Of a stretch of 64,000 nucleotides of DNA, positions 56,471-64,000 are shown in pieces. A model generated the notes under the pieces. That model was not told the DNA's origin. It ran no database searches and saw nothing but the letters and a program-made list of their open reading frames with translations. A program made the position numbers and the translations under genes. Origin of the DNA: Bacillota bacterium (GTDB taxonomy: Bacteria; Bacillota; Clostridia; Acetivibrionales; JAEZXR01); NCBI GenBank assembly GCA_023419605.1, contig JAEZXR010000119.1:1-64000 (forward strand). Direction: 5' to 3'. The stretch's first letter is position 1. The number at the start of each line of letters is the position of its first letter.

Positions 56471-57553
56471 ATGCATATCAAAAAAGTATTTCTTATAATA
56501 GCAGCCTGTGTGCTGATACTGTTATTATGTGTAAATGTATTTCAATTTGTATTTTGGAGTGGAAAAGCCAAACAACTGGAGGCCTCTTATACGGAACAGA
56601 TAGGAGAACTGGAGGAAAGGCTCGGAAGTATTGGACCCATGGCTCAGGCGTGGACTGTAGCCAAACAGGTAACACCGGGCCAAAAAATCACACAGGAAGA
56701 TCTGAAACCCATTCAAGTGTTGAAAAAATCTATGGAAGATGCATACATAACAAATCCAAAAGAAATCCTCGGTAAATTCTATAAAATATCTATTCTTCCG
56801 GGAACGCCTATCACAAAAGGTCTGGTTATGGAAGAAAAAATCAAAAACTCATTGAGACAGTATGATGTTGTAGCCAATACGATTCCCATCGGGCTGAAGG
56901 CCGGAGATTATATTGATTTCAGGTATCTGATGCCCAAAGGCGAAGATTATATAGCGATGACGCACAAACGGGTGGAAGCGGTACATACAAAAACCGTAAC
57001 TCTTCACCTGTCGGAAGAAGAAATCCATGTTTATCAAAGCATGCTGGTAGACTACTTTTTAAAGGAAGGCAGCTTGCTTTATATGACAAAATATCTAGAA
57101 CCGGGTGTTCAGGAAGCAGCAGAAACCTACTATCCAGTCGATGAAAATATTTTAAACGTAATGTTGATCGATCCAAATGTAATTGATAAGCTTGAGGCTG
57201 CTGTCATTAAAGGCAGCAGGGATATATTAAACACGACAGATAAAAGTATTGAAGATCTCATCAGAAGCAAGATAAGCACCGGCCGGGCATCGATTCAGGG
57301 AAGTGTAGATGCTGCAAACGCTGTATATTGGGATAGATTGGAAAAGGCAAATAAAGAGAAGGATTTACAGCAAGGGGAAGTTACAAGTGTACCACCCCAG
57401 CAGCAACCGCAAGCAGAGGCAAAACAATCTCAAACTCCTGTGACGGGCAATCCATCGGCCAACACTTCAGCACCACCGGCAAAGACGGAACCACAGGAGA
57501 ATGGAAATACAAATAATGGGAAACTGATTATGCAGGAAGGGATCGTAGAATGA
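56471..57553 (+). CDS. CpaB/RcpC-like Flp-pilus assembly protein (N-terminal TM helix, SAF-like domain, Gln/Pro-rich C-terminal tail)
   Basis: TM helix, then a segment VAKQVTPGQKITQEDLKPIQV..ILGKFYKISILPGTPITKGLV typical of the SAF domain of CpaB. Low-complexity PPQQQPQAEAKQSQTP tail. Confidence 0.6.
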   Translation: MHIKKVFLIIAACVLILLLCVNVFQFVFWSGKAKQLEASYTEQIGELEERLGSIGPMAQAWTVAKQVTPGQKITQEDLKPIQVLKKSMEDAYITNPKEILGKFYKISILPGTPITKGLVMEEKIKNSLRQYDVVANTIPIGLKAGDYIDFRYLMPKGEDYIAMTHKRVEAVHTKTVTLHLSEEEIHVYQSMLVDYFLKEGSLLYMTKYLEPGVQEAAETYYPVDENILNVMLIDPNVIDKLEAAVIKGSRDILNTTDKSIEDLIRSKISTGRASIQGSVDAANAVYWDRLEKANKEKDLQQGEVTSVPPQQQPQAEAKQSQTPVTGNPSANTSAPPAKTEPQENGNTNNGKLIMQEGIVE

Positions 57554-58125
57554 TTGTAGTATGTCTGGGCCATGTTGATAAAAGACCGATATTGTATTCA
57601 CTGATGAAGCTTCTGCAATCCTTTGGAGATGTTGCAGTTGTGACGCGAAACAGACAGTTGCAGCGTTTGCTGGAGAGCAAGAGCTCTTCAGGGTATTTCA
57701 ATAATATTTTTGTAGCGATTTCGGACGCGGTGCCGGAAGCGGCGATCTTAGAAGCAGGATGCGCGCCGGGGGATTTTGACCATATAATTTATGACAGCAT
57801 CGATGTGCTGCCCGATCGCTATGATCTCTGTATTCATAGCAAAAGCTTTGGATTGATGGAGTACGAAAGTGAAGTTCTCGGATATAAAAGCGATATTGTA
57901 CAATACAATTTTGTCTATGATGGCAAGACGGAGAAGGGATGTATTAATATTCCCGTTGCATTCCCCTTAATAAAAAGCGTGGAGGAGTTTGAGGCAAGAA
58001 AGCTTTTAATTCCTATACAATGTGACGTAATGCAGAAAAGTTTGTCAAGTTTAACGGCACCACAGCTTAAGATTACTGAAAAGGATGCATTGAAAATCCT
58101 CAAGAGGAAGTGGAATGAGAAATGA
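57550..58125 (+). CDS. Hypothetical protein (191 aa) within the Tad-like operon
   Basis: Translationally coupled (ATGA overlaps) on both sides; no motif recognised. Confidence 0.5.
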   Translation: MIVVCLGHVDKRPILYSLMKLLQSFGDVAVVTRNRQLQRLLESKSSSGYFNNIFVAISDAVPEAAILEAGCAPGDFDHIIYDSIDVLPDRYDLCIHSKSFGLMEYESEVLGYKSDIVQYNFVYDGKTEKGCINIPVAFPLIKSVEEFEARKLLIPIQCDVMQKSLSSLTAPQLKITEKDALKILKRKWNEK

Positions 58126-58901
58126 AGATAGCAGTAATGTCACCTTCAAGGGACCAGGGAATTACAACGGTCAGCGTTTTGTTGGGCTTAACCCTGGCAC
58201 AGACCCAAGGGCAAAGCGTGTGCCTTACACATTCCGGAATTGACAGTTTTTCTTTAGATTCCTATTTGGGCATATCAAAATACAATGATAAAACAAAGTC
58301 CATCACCCAGATCATTCGACTGCTAGAGACCCATGCAATATCCGGTAACGATATCGCTGACTATTGTACGAAGATTGAAAATAATTTTGAGCTGCTGAAT
58401 ACGGCAGCTCCCGATGTAAACGGAGAGGAAAGCGCAAAGTTGTTAAAATTTGTGATTCCGAACCTGAATCATGATATTGTTATAACGGATGTAAAGACAG
58501 AGCTATGGGAGGAGACAACCCAGCAAACCCTGCAAACGGCAGATGTAATAATCATCGTTTTGTCTCAGAATATACAAACGGTGAAAAAACTTGAAGCGTG
58601 GAAAGCATCGGAATATTATGCTGCCATACATGGAAAGCCGACGATGTACATTATAAATAAATTTGACGGGTATGTATCCTCTTTTCGTGATTTTACGAAG
58701 CTAGCAGGCTTGAAGCACATACAATGCTGTAAAATATCATACTCCCCCTATATAAAAAAGACAGCGAACCTGGGGAAATTACATACTTTATTGCCCTATA
58801 TTATTGAAAGAGATGTGAGGGTATGTGAGCTTAATAATGACCTTAAGGAGTGTATGCAAGTAATTATGGCGCACATGGGTAAGCGGTGCAATTGGAGGTA
58901 A
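58122..58901 (+). CDS. Degenerate ParA/MinD-fold protein (TadZ/CpaE-like, Walker A not conserved)
   Basis: Begins MKIAVMSPSRDQGITTVSVLLG where ParA-type proteins carry KGGVGKTT. Size and position upstream of the CpaF-like ATPase match TadZ/CpaE. Confidence 0.5.
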   Translation: MKIAVMSPSRDQGITTVSVLLGLTLAQTQGQSVCLTHSGIDSFSLDSYLGISKYNDKTKSITQIIRLLETHAISGNDIADYCTKIENNFELLNTAAPDVNGEESAKLLKFVIPNLNHDIVITDVKTELWEETTQQTLQTADVIIIVLSQNIQTVKKLEAWKASEYYAAIHGKPTMYIINKFDGYVSSFRDFTKLAGLKHIQCCKISYSPYIKKTANLGKLHTLLPYIIERDVRVCELNNDLKECMQVIMAHMGKRCNWR

Positions 58902-58907
58902 GTTCAC

Positions 58908-60746
58908 ATGACAAACATAGTACTCACCATCATCACCCTGCTGGGAGGCGGGACTGCGCTGTACTTGCTCTACATCAAAGCCAAAAAGGAGCGGCCGGAT
59001 TATAAACCCTCAAATACTTTCACCATGGAAAAACTGTTGGACATTGTAAGGAACAGTCTCCTGGACCTGGTGAAGGATGAGAGCTTTGAAGGCCTGGAAG
59101 ATGAAGAGGAGTTTGAGAGTATATACAAACGTAAAGCAAGGATACAGGAAGCGATACGTAATTGTGTGCATGGCATTGACTCCGCGAAAATAATTGTTCA
59201 GGATTTGATCAGAAACATTATAGCGGAGAAGCTTCCGGATGAAGCCTCTGTACTTCAGTTAATTGATTTTAATTCCCATGATCTGGAGCCGCGAATAAAA
59301 TTTGAGATCCTCATGTACTTCTTTAAAAAGTATTATGGCAAGGATGCTTTGGCCGAATTAATCGAAAAATATTATCTGGACCGAGAGCGGTATGAGATTG
59401 AGGAAAAGCTGGAACCAAGCTATTTAATTACGGAAGACGACATCAATGATATTTACGCAAAGGAATCTATTGAATTGAATTACAGTGTAATGATCGATAT
59501 CGTAACGGTGTTGATATACCAGCGGTACAAAGGGTTTGGCATTGTGGATACCATCAGGGAAATGAATATAAACGGATTTAACTGTGGTACTTCCGGGTCC
59601 ATATTAAGCAACGTGGGTTCCGTGGAAATGGATGTCCCAAGAGCGCCGAGATCCGTATGGTTGTATTTCAGAGGGAAATATATTCATTTAAAATTTTTAA
59701 ACTTTGGGACAGAAGAAGAATTAAGAAGAGTGGTGCAGCTGCTTTGCAGGTACAACAATCCCGGACCCTTAACGGAAAAGCGGGGATATCTTGTAAATAC
59801 AATGTATGATAAATCCCGTGTTCTGGCCTTACGGCCACCGGCTTCCGAATATTGGGCGGTTTTTGTCCGGAAGTTTTCACTGTCGGATCAATCTACGGAA
59901 GCACTTATAAATAAGCCTTATACAAAGAATGCCTACCTTGCCGTTAATCTTTTGATCTATTTGATGAAGTGCGAAGTTACCTGTGCTGTCACCGGCAGGC
60001 AGGGTTCGGGAAAGACCACACTCATGGCGTCACTGGTTAAATTTATAGACCCGCGGTATACGATACGTGTTTTGGAAATGGCCCCGGAGCTCTACCTCAG
60101 GGAATTATACCCGGAAAGAAACATACTTTCCGTCCAGGAGACGGACTATGTATCGGCTACTGCTTTACAGGATGCTTTGAAAAAATCCGATGCAGCCGTA
60201 TCCATGGTGGGGGAGGTAGCTACAGACTCCATTGCAGCGCGTATGATACAGCTGGGCCAGGTGGCCTCATTGTTTACCATATTCTCACATCATGGAAAAA
60301 CACCCAAGGATCTGGTTTACTCCTTAAGGAACTCTCTGGTCAATGCAGGCGGGTTTACCAATATGCTGACAGCAGAGCAGCAGGTGGTGGATGTAGTGAA
60401 AGTGGACGTGCATTTGGATTATACGCCGGATGGGAAACGGTACATAGAAAGGATTTCTGAAATTATTCGACTGGATGAAGCCATACCGTATCCCAGGTAT
60501 GATGAGAATGATCCCGTAAATTCAATCAATGCCATCACGAAGGAATATTATACCCGGCAAACGGACCGGCAAACCTTCATTACCAGAGATATCCTTACCT
60601 ATGATGTGAAAACACATACCTATCATACTGCAGAATGGTTTTCAGAAAAGTTGACAGATTATATGCTGCACAATATATCGGAGCAGAATGCCAGCGATTT
60701 TAAGGAGTTTATTGTGAACCACTGGAAGGGAGTTGAGAATTTATGA
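58908..60746 (+). CDS. CpaF/TadA-type secretion ATPase (GspE/VirB11 superfamily) with ~230-aa N-terminal extension
   Basis: Walker A VTGRQGSGKTTLMASL, Asp box, Walker B and His box of T2SS/T4P-type ATPases in the C-terminal 380 aa. GGAGG RBS. Confidence 0.85.
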   Translation: MTNIVLTIITLLGGGTALYLLYIKAKKERPDYKPSNTFTMEKLLDIVRNSLLDLVKDESFEGLEDEEEFESIYKRKARIQEAIRNCVHGIDSAKIIVQDLIRNIIAEKLPDEASVLQLIDFNSHDLEPRIKFEILMYFFKKYYGKDALAELIEKYYLDRERYEIEEKLEPSYLITEDDINDIYAKESIELNYSVMIDIVTVLIYQRYKGFGIVDTIREMNINGFNCGTSGSILSNVGSVEMDVPRAPRSVWLYFRGKYIHLKFLNFGTEEELRRVVQLLCRYNNPGPLTEKRGYLVNTMYDKSRVLALRPPASEYWAVFVRKFSLSDQSTEALINKPYTKNAYLAVNLLIYLMKCEVTCAVTGRQGSGKTTLMASLVKFIDPRYTIRVLEMAPELYLRELYPERNILSVQETDYVSATALQDALKKSDAAVSMVGEVATDSIAARMIQLGQVASLFTIFSHHGKTPKDLVYSLRNSLVNAGGFTNMLTAEQQVVDVVKVDVHLDYTPDGKRYIERISEIIRLDEAIPYPRYDENDPVNSINAITKEYYTRQTDRQTFITRDILTYDVKTHTYHTAEWFSEKLTDYMLHNISEQNASDFKEFIVNHWKGVENL

Positions 60747-62749
60747 TGATGTTCATCATGGTAGCAGTTATTGCGACCCTTTTCTTGGCTTCCGGCATGA
60801 TTCTCCTGTTTGGCAATACCAAAGGAAACCGCAAAAAGACCGTATCCAAAAAGAACACCAAAAAGCCGAATTCGCTTATTTCTACGGCTACGTACAATAA
60901 GGCTTATGACATGCTCAATAATACCTTCTTAACCCGAAGCGGATTACGAAAACTCTTCGACAGATTGGCTGAGCTATCCATTTACAACGCAGAAGATTTA
61001 AAAATCATAGCCGTCAGGTTTTATGTGCTGTCAGTGGCCGCATCCATTACAACAGTGGTAGTAGGCGCTTTTACATTCAAGGATTTATTTTCTACTTTAT
61101 TATGCGTTGCTTTTGCCTTTGTAGTAAAGAACACCCTCATCGACAAGCAGGTGGACGGCATACACTTTAAACTGTTGAAACAACTGGCGGTGGCTATAAG
61201 CTCCCTGCGGCAAAATTATCTACGGTATAACTCCATACCGGATGCCGTGTCCGAAACCGAAGCCGGACCTTTGGTCAAACGGGCTTTTGAGGAAATCCAT
61301 CTGATTTTGACTTCGGAGAATGATGAAATAAGGCTGCAAGAGTTTTACGCGTCGACTCCCTTTAAACTTCTTCAAACCCTGGCAGGTGTATGTTTTAAGT
61401 TGAATTCCAGCGGGGATGTGCAGTTGTATGACGGTACATCCAACTTTATCCAGGCCATGACCATGATGAGCTCGGAAATAAATCTTGAAATAAGGCGGAT
61501 CTCCTTGCAAAGGGCAAGATTTGGTTTCCTGGAAATATTGCCGCTGGCACCCATCGCCGCTGTGGGAGTGATAGAAAGGTTCTTTAGCGGTGTAATCCCG
61601 GGAACTTCCATCATATACCACGGAGTCATGGGATACCTGACGAGAATCTTAATCGTATTGAGCGCTATGGTGGGCTACACGGTGATTGTAAAAATAAACA
61701 GTGCTGTAACCATAAAAGCGGATGATCGTTCGGAATGGATAAAGAAGCTGTTGACTCGAACTGAATTCAAGCAATTTATTCAGGATATTTTGCCGAAGAA
61801 ATCAAAAAAAATAACGCAGAAAACAAAATTAATAAAAAGTGCCTTGAGCAGAATCGATATTTACCATTTGTATGCAAGAAAAGTGATCTATGCCTCCATT
61901 GCACTGGTGGCTTCCATAATAGCAGCTTTCTTCATCGTCAATCTGAGCAGAGATTTTATCTATCGAAATGTAGCGGAATTATCACTGATCGGAGGGGAAA
62001 ATCTGACGCAAAAGGATATTGAAACCAGAAGAAAAATGGATGCTATTTATCTATCGGGACAAAAGCTGAGTGAAAAGCAGACCACTCAGTTTGTAGAATC
62101 CTATCTGCCGAAGCTGCAGGAATATGATAAGCAGGCACAGGTAAGAAGGCTGCGCATGAAGTATGATGCATACTACGGGACTCATTTCCAGTGGTGGATG
62201 CTGCTGGCCTGCTACCTCATATCGATAGGTGCCTGGTTTATGCCGGAAATGACGTTAAAGGCAAGACGATGGTTTATACGCACAGAGGCAGAGGAAGACG
62301 TTTTACAGCTTCAAACCATCATTGCAATACTGATGAACACAACCTGTGACACGCTGGACATCCTCTACTGGATGGAACGGCAGAGCAGAGTACATAAGCA
62401 TGCCTTGCTGGCCGCCTACCATGAGTATCCCTCCAATCCGGAGCTTTCACTGAACCGGCTGAAGGCAAAGGCTTCTCTCCCGGAGTTTAAGCGAATGATC
62501 GACAAGCTGATTCTGACCATTCATCAGATTTCTGTTGCAGAAGCATTCAGTGATCTAATTACCGAAAGGGATCACATATTACGCATCAGAGAAATTGCAC
62601 AGGTTACATCCATTAACAAGAAAAGGCAGGCCGTGAGCCCTTTGTCAATGCTTCCCTTAGGAATTACAGCCTTTGGTTACATATTATTGCCCTTAGGAAT
62701 TTTGGGCTTTCAAGAATTCACAAATGCATTATCCAATTTTGGCCACTAG
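60743..62749 (+). CDS. TadB/TadC-like polytopic membrane platform protein (duplicated T2SS-F-type domains, 668 aa)
   Basis: Two blocks of 3 TM helices separated by cytoplasmic helical regions. The start overlaps the ATPase stop (ATGA). Confidence 0.65.
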   Translation: MMMFIMVAVIATLFLASGMILLFGNTKGNRKKTVSKKNTKKPNSLISTATYNKAYDMLNNTFLTRSGLRKLFDRLAELSIYNAEDLKIIAVRFYVLSVAASITTVVVGAFTFKDLFSTLLCVAFAFVVKNTLIDKQVDGIHFKLLKQLAVAISSLRQNYLRYNSIPDAVSETEAGPLVKRAFEEIHLILTSENDEIRLQEFYASTPFKLLQTLAGVCFKLNSSGDVQLYDGTSNFIQAMTMMSSEINLEIRRISLQRARFGFLEILPLAPIAAVGVIERFFSGVIPGTSIIYHGVMGYLTRILIVLSAMVGYTVIVKINSAVTIKADDRSEWIKKLLTRTEFKQFIQDILPKKSKKITQKTKLIKSALSRIDIYHLYARKVIYASIALVASIIAAFFIVNLSRDFIYRNVAELSLIGGENLTQKDIETRRKMDAIYLSGQKLSEKQTTQFVESYLPKLQEYDKQAQVRRLRMKYDAYYGTHFQWWMLLACYLISIGAWFMPEMTLKARRWFIRTEAEEDVLQLQTIIAILMNTTCDTLDILYWMERQSRVHKHALLAAYHEYPSNPELSLNRLKAKASLPEFKRMIDKLILTIHQISVAEAFSDLITERDHILRIREIAQVTSINKKRQAVSPLSMLPLGITAFGYILLPLGILGFQEFTNALSNFGH

Positions 62750-62797
62750 CTACATAAGAATCAACCGGTAGAAAGTTACGGAAGGGAGGGGAACTGC

Positions 62798-62893
62798 ATG
62801 AACAGTTACTTTATAGGGGCGATTGTTGCGTTTGGTGCTGCGATTGGAGCAGGAGTCCTATTTATGATACTTAGAAAAAGAGCAGGGGGGTGA
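62798..62893 (+). CDS. Unannotated 31-aa hydrophobic peptide (MNSYFIGAIVAFGAAIGAGVLFMILRKRAGG)
   Basis: Below the ORF-track size cut-off. Strong RBS GAAGGGAGGGG 7 nt upstream of the ATG. Single glycine-zipper TM helix (GxxxGxxxG) with a basic C-terminus. Confidence 0.4.
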   Translation: MNSYFIGAIVAFGAAIGAGVLFMILRKRAGG

Positions 62894-62996
62894 GATATAG
62901 ATTCATCACAACCGGAAAGGAGAGGGACGAAAAAACTATTTATGTGGGTAAATAATAAACAATTAAAATAAAGAAAAGGAATGGAGTGAGGAAACA

Positions 62997-63563
62997 ATGG
63001 AAGGTGAATTAGGTTCGGGCGCGAGGATTGCCATTGCGCTGATTGTTGTGGGCGTAATCATAGGGATTATATTCGTAATATTGGGTTTCACAAGAGGTGC
63101 TACCAACCAGGGTGTTGGAACGGTACAAAATGCAATGGACCAGATGCAGAGTTCAACCTTTGATGATTATGACCAGCAGATCATGAGTGGGACGCAGGTA
63201 AGTTCAGCCATCAAATTGTTTGAGGGGAGGCCCATTGGTGTTATCGTTATTACAGCATTGTCAAAATCTTCGTTATATGGTATAAATTATGGTGCTCGAT
63301 TTCAAGATACAAGTGCTACCAACAATCATATTAGCTTTACCTCCACTTTTGATGGCGCTGGATTGGCAAAAGCAAATACAGCAGATTCATTCTACACCGA
63401 AAATCTTTTTGTCAGTGGTGGATCAATGGCTTTTAATATGAATACAATGGATACGAAAAAGTCAGGAACCCCTGAGTTTATTCGGCCCACAGCTAAATTT
63501 AAGGCTGAACTTATAAAGGATACCTCCGGCACTATAACCGGAGTATGCTTCACTCAGCAGTAA
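62997..63563 (+). CDS. Membrane-anchored secreted protein (188 aa), paralog of the next gene; possible pilin/pseudopilin-like subunit
   Basis: N-terminal MEGELGSGARIAIALIVVGVIIGIIFVILG helix, then FDDYDQQIMSGTQVSSAIKLFEG, a motif shared with the 63641 ORF. RBS GGAGTGAGG. Confidence 0.55.
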   Translation: MEGELGSGARIAIALIVVGVIIGIIFVILGFTRGATNQGVGTVQNAMDQMQSSTFDDYDQQIMSGTQVSSAIKLFEGRPIGVIVITALSKSSLYGINYGARFQDTSATNNHISFTSTFDGAGLAKANTADSFYTENLFVSGGSMAFNMNTMDTKKSGTPEFIRPTAKFKAELIKDTSGTITGVCFTQQ

Positions 63564-63640
63564 CCGTGTATTGTTCGTGTAGAGGAGATTCTCCAGACTC
63601 TCCTCTATAGCATAGAATACATAAAAGGGAGGCAATCGCC

Positions 63641-64000
63641 ATGGAATCGGAAGCGGTCAGCAGTGTAAAAATTGCCATACACCTAATGGTGATCAGCACG
63701 TTGATCTTTACCATCCTCTTGACGGTGAATATAGCAAAACCCTATATCTTTGATATGATCCTTGGGGTTGTAAATGTGACGGAGGAAGAGAAGGCAAAAC
63801 AGTTCGATGATTACGATCAAAAATGGGTGTCCGGGACTAAAGTGCTGCGTGTGTTGAAATTATATGAAAATACCGGATTTGGCGTTGTATACGGGACAAA
63901 AAAGACCCAATCCTCCGGGAATTACGCCGTGAACTTTGGAGGCGTATTCAAGGAGTCGGATACCTATGCTCAGGGTTATCGGATATTGAACTTCACAGCC
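63641..64000 (+). CDS. Membrane-anchored paralog (partial, continues beyond the window end)
   Basis: MESEAVSSVKIAIHLMVISTLIFTILL helix, then FDDYDQKWVSGTKVLRVLKLYEN. RBS AAAGGGAGG. Confidence 0.5.
   Translation, partial: MESEAVSSVKIAIHLMVISTLIFTILLTVNIAKPYIFDMILGVVNVTEEEKAKQFDDYDQKWVSGTKVLRVLKLYENTGFGVVYGTKKTQSSGNYAVNFGGVFKESDTYAQGYRILNFTA

Noticed and set aside
62806-62997. 63-aa minus-strand ORF
   Set aside because: It is antisense to a better-supported 31-aa plus-strand ORF with a strong RBS, and has no RBS of its own.
1-64000. rRNA, tRNA, CRISPR, transposase or integrase genes
   Set aside because: None detected. No cloverleaf-like conserved tRNA blocks, no IS-like inverted repeats with a transposase ORF, and no regularly spaced direct repeats were seen.

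Overview
This window looks like a low-GC Firmicutes (Clostridia-type) chromosomal segment with no rRNA or tRNA genes and no CRISPR array. All calls below come from reading the ORF translations and the DNA, with no database search. (1) 0-13 kb is mostly housekeeping on the + strand: flotillin-like SPFH protein, ZapA, an alkaline-phosphatase-fold metalloenzyme, U32 peptidase, dUTPase, a divergent glycerate kinase, a BirA-box-controlled bioY, a YtxC-like protein, and a P-loop/Asp23-like fusion preceded by a structured leader. (2) 13-26 kb holds an isoprenoid-synthase-like gene, a four-domain CoA-disulfide-reductase/rhodanese/TusA/DsrE protein, a two-component system plus FtsX-type ABC exporter (peptide-antibiotic resistance type), and an isolated DUF4914-like P-loop gene. 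(3) 26.5-39.3 kb is a copper/metal island: csoR-copZ-lipoprotein-copA on the minus strand with a CsoR-like operator, then three transcription units that each carry the same direct-repeat box (CTTCATAAGATCTTCACA). These units encode paired Cys4 membrane proteins, a Cu-amine-oxidase-N-domain protein and an HMA-DsbD-like-cupredoxin fusion. They are followed by an OmpR/HK pair, a D-2-hydroxyacid dehydrogenase, and a Mn(2+)-riboswitch (yybP-ykoY)-controlled TerC gene. (4) 41.9-56 kb is a type VIIb secretion locus: essC with an FHA N-terminus, an EsaB/YukD-like gene and WXG100 genes, plus two paralogous polymorphic toxins. The toxins share a ~300-aa non-LXG N-terminal helical and glycine-zipper module and differ at the C-terminus; one ends in an HNH-like nuclease. 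They are followed by an array of three SUKH/SMI1-KNR4 immunity genes, an orphan HNH toxin cassette and a TPR protein. (5) 56.4-64 kb is a Tad/Flp-like secretion ATPase locus (CpaB-like, degenerate CpaE-like, 612-aa CpaF-like, TadB/C-like) with a 31-aa hydrophobic peptide and paralogous membrane-anchored proteins. A conserved structured RNA motif occurs twice as a 5' leader, at 11.7 kb and 34.9 kb. The T7SS toxin modules and the Tad-like locus are the strongest candidates for new biology.
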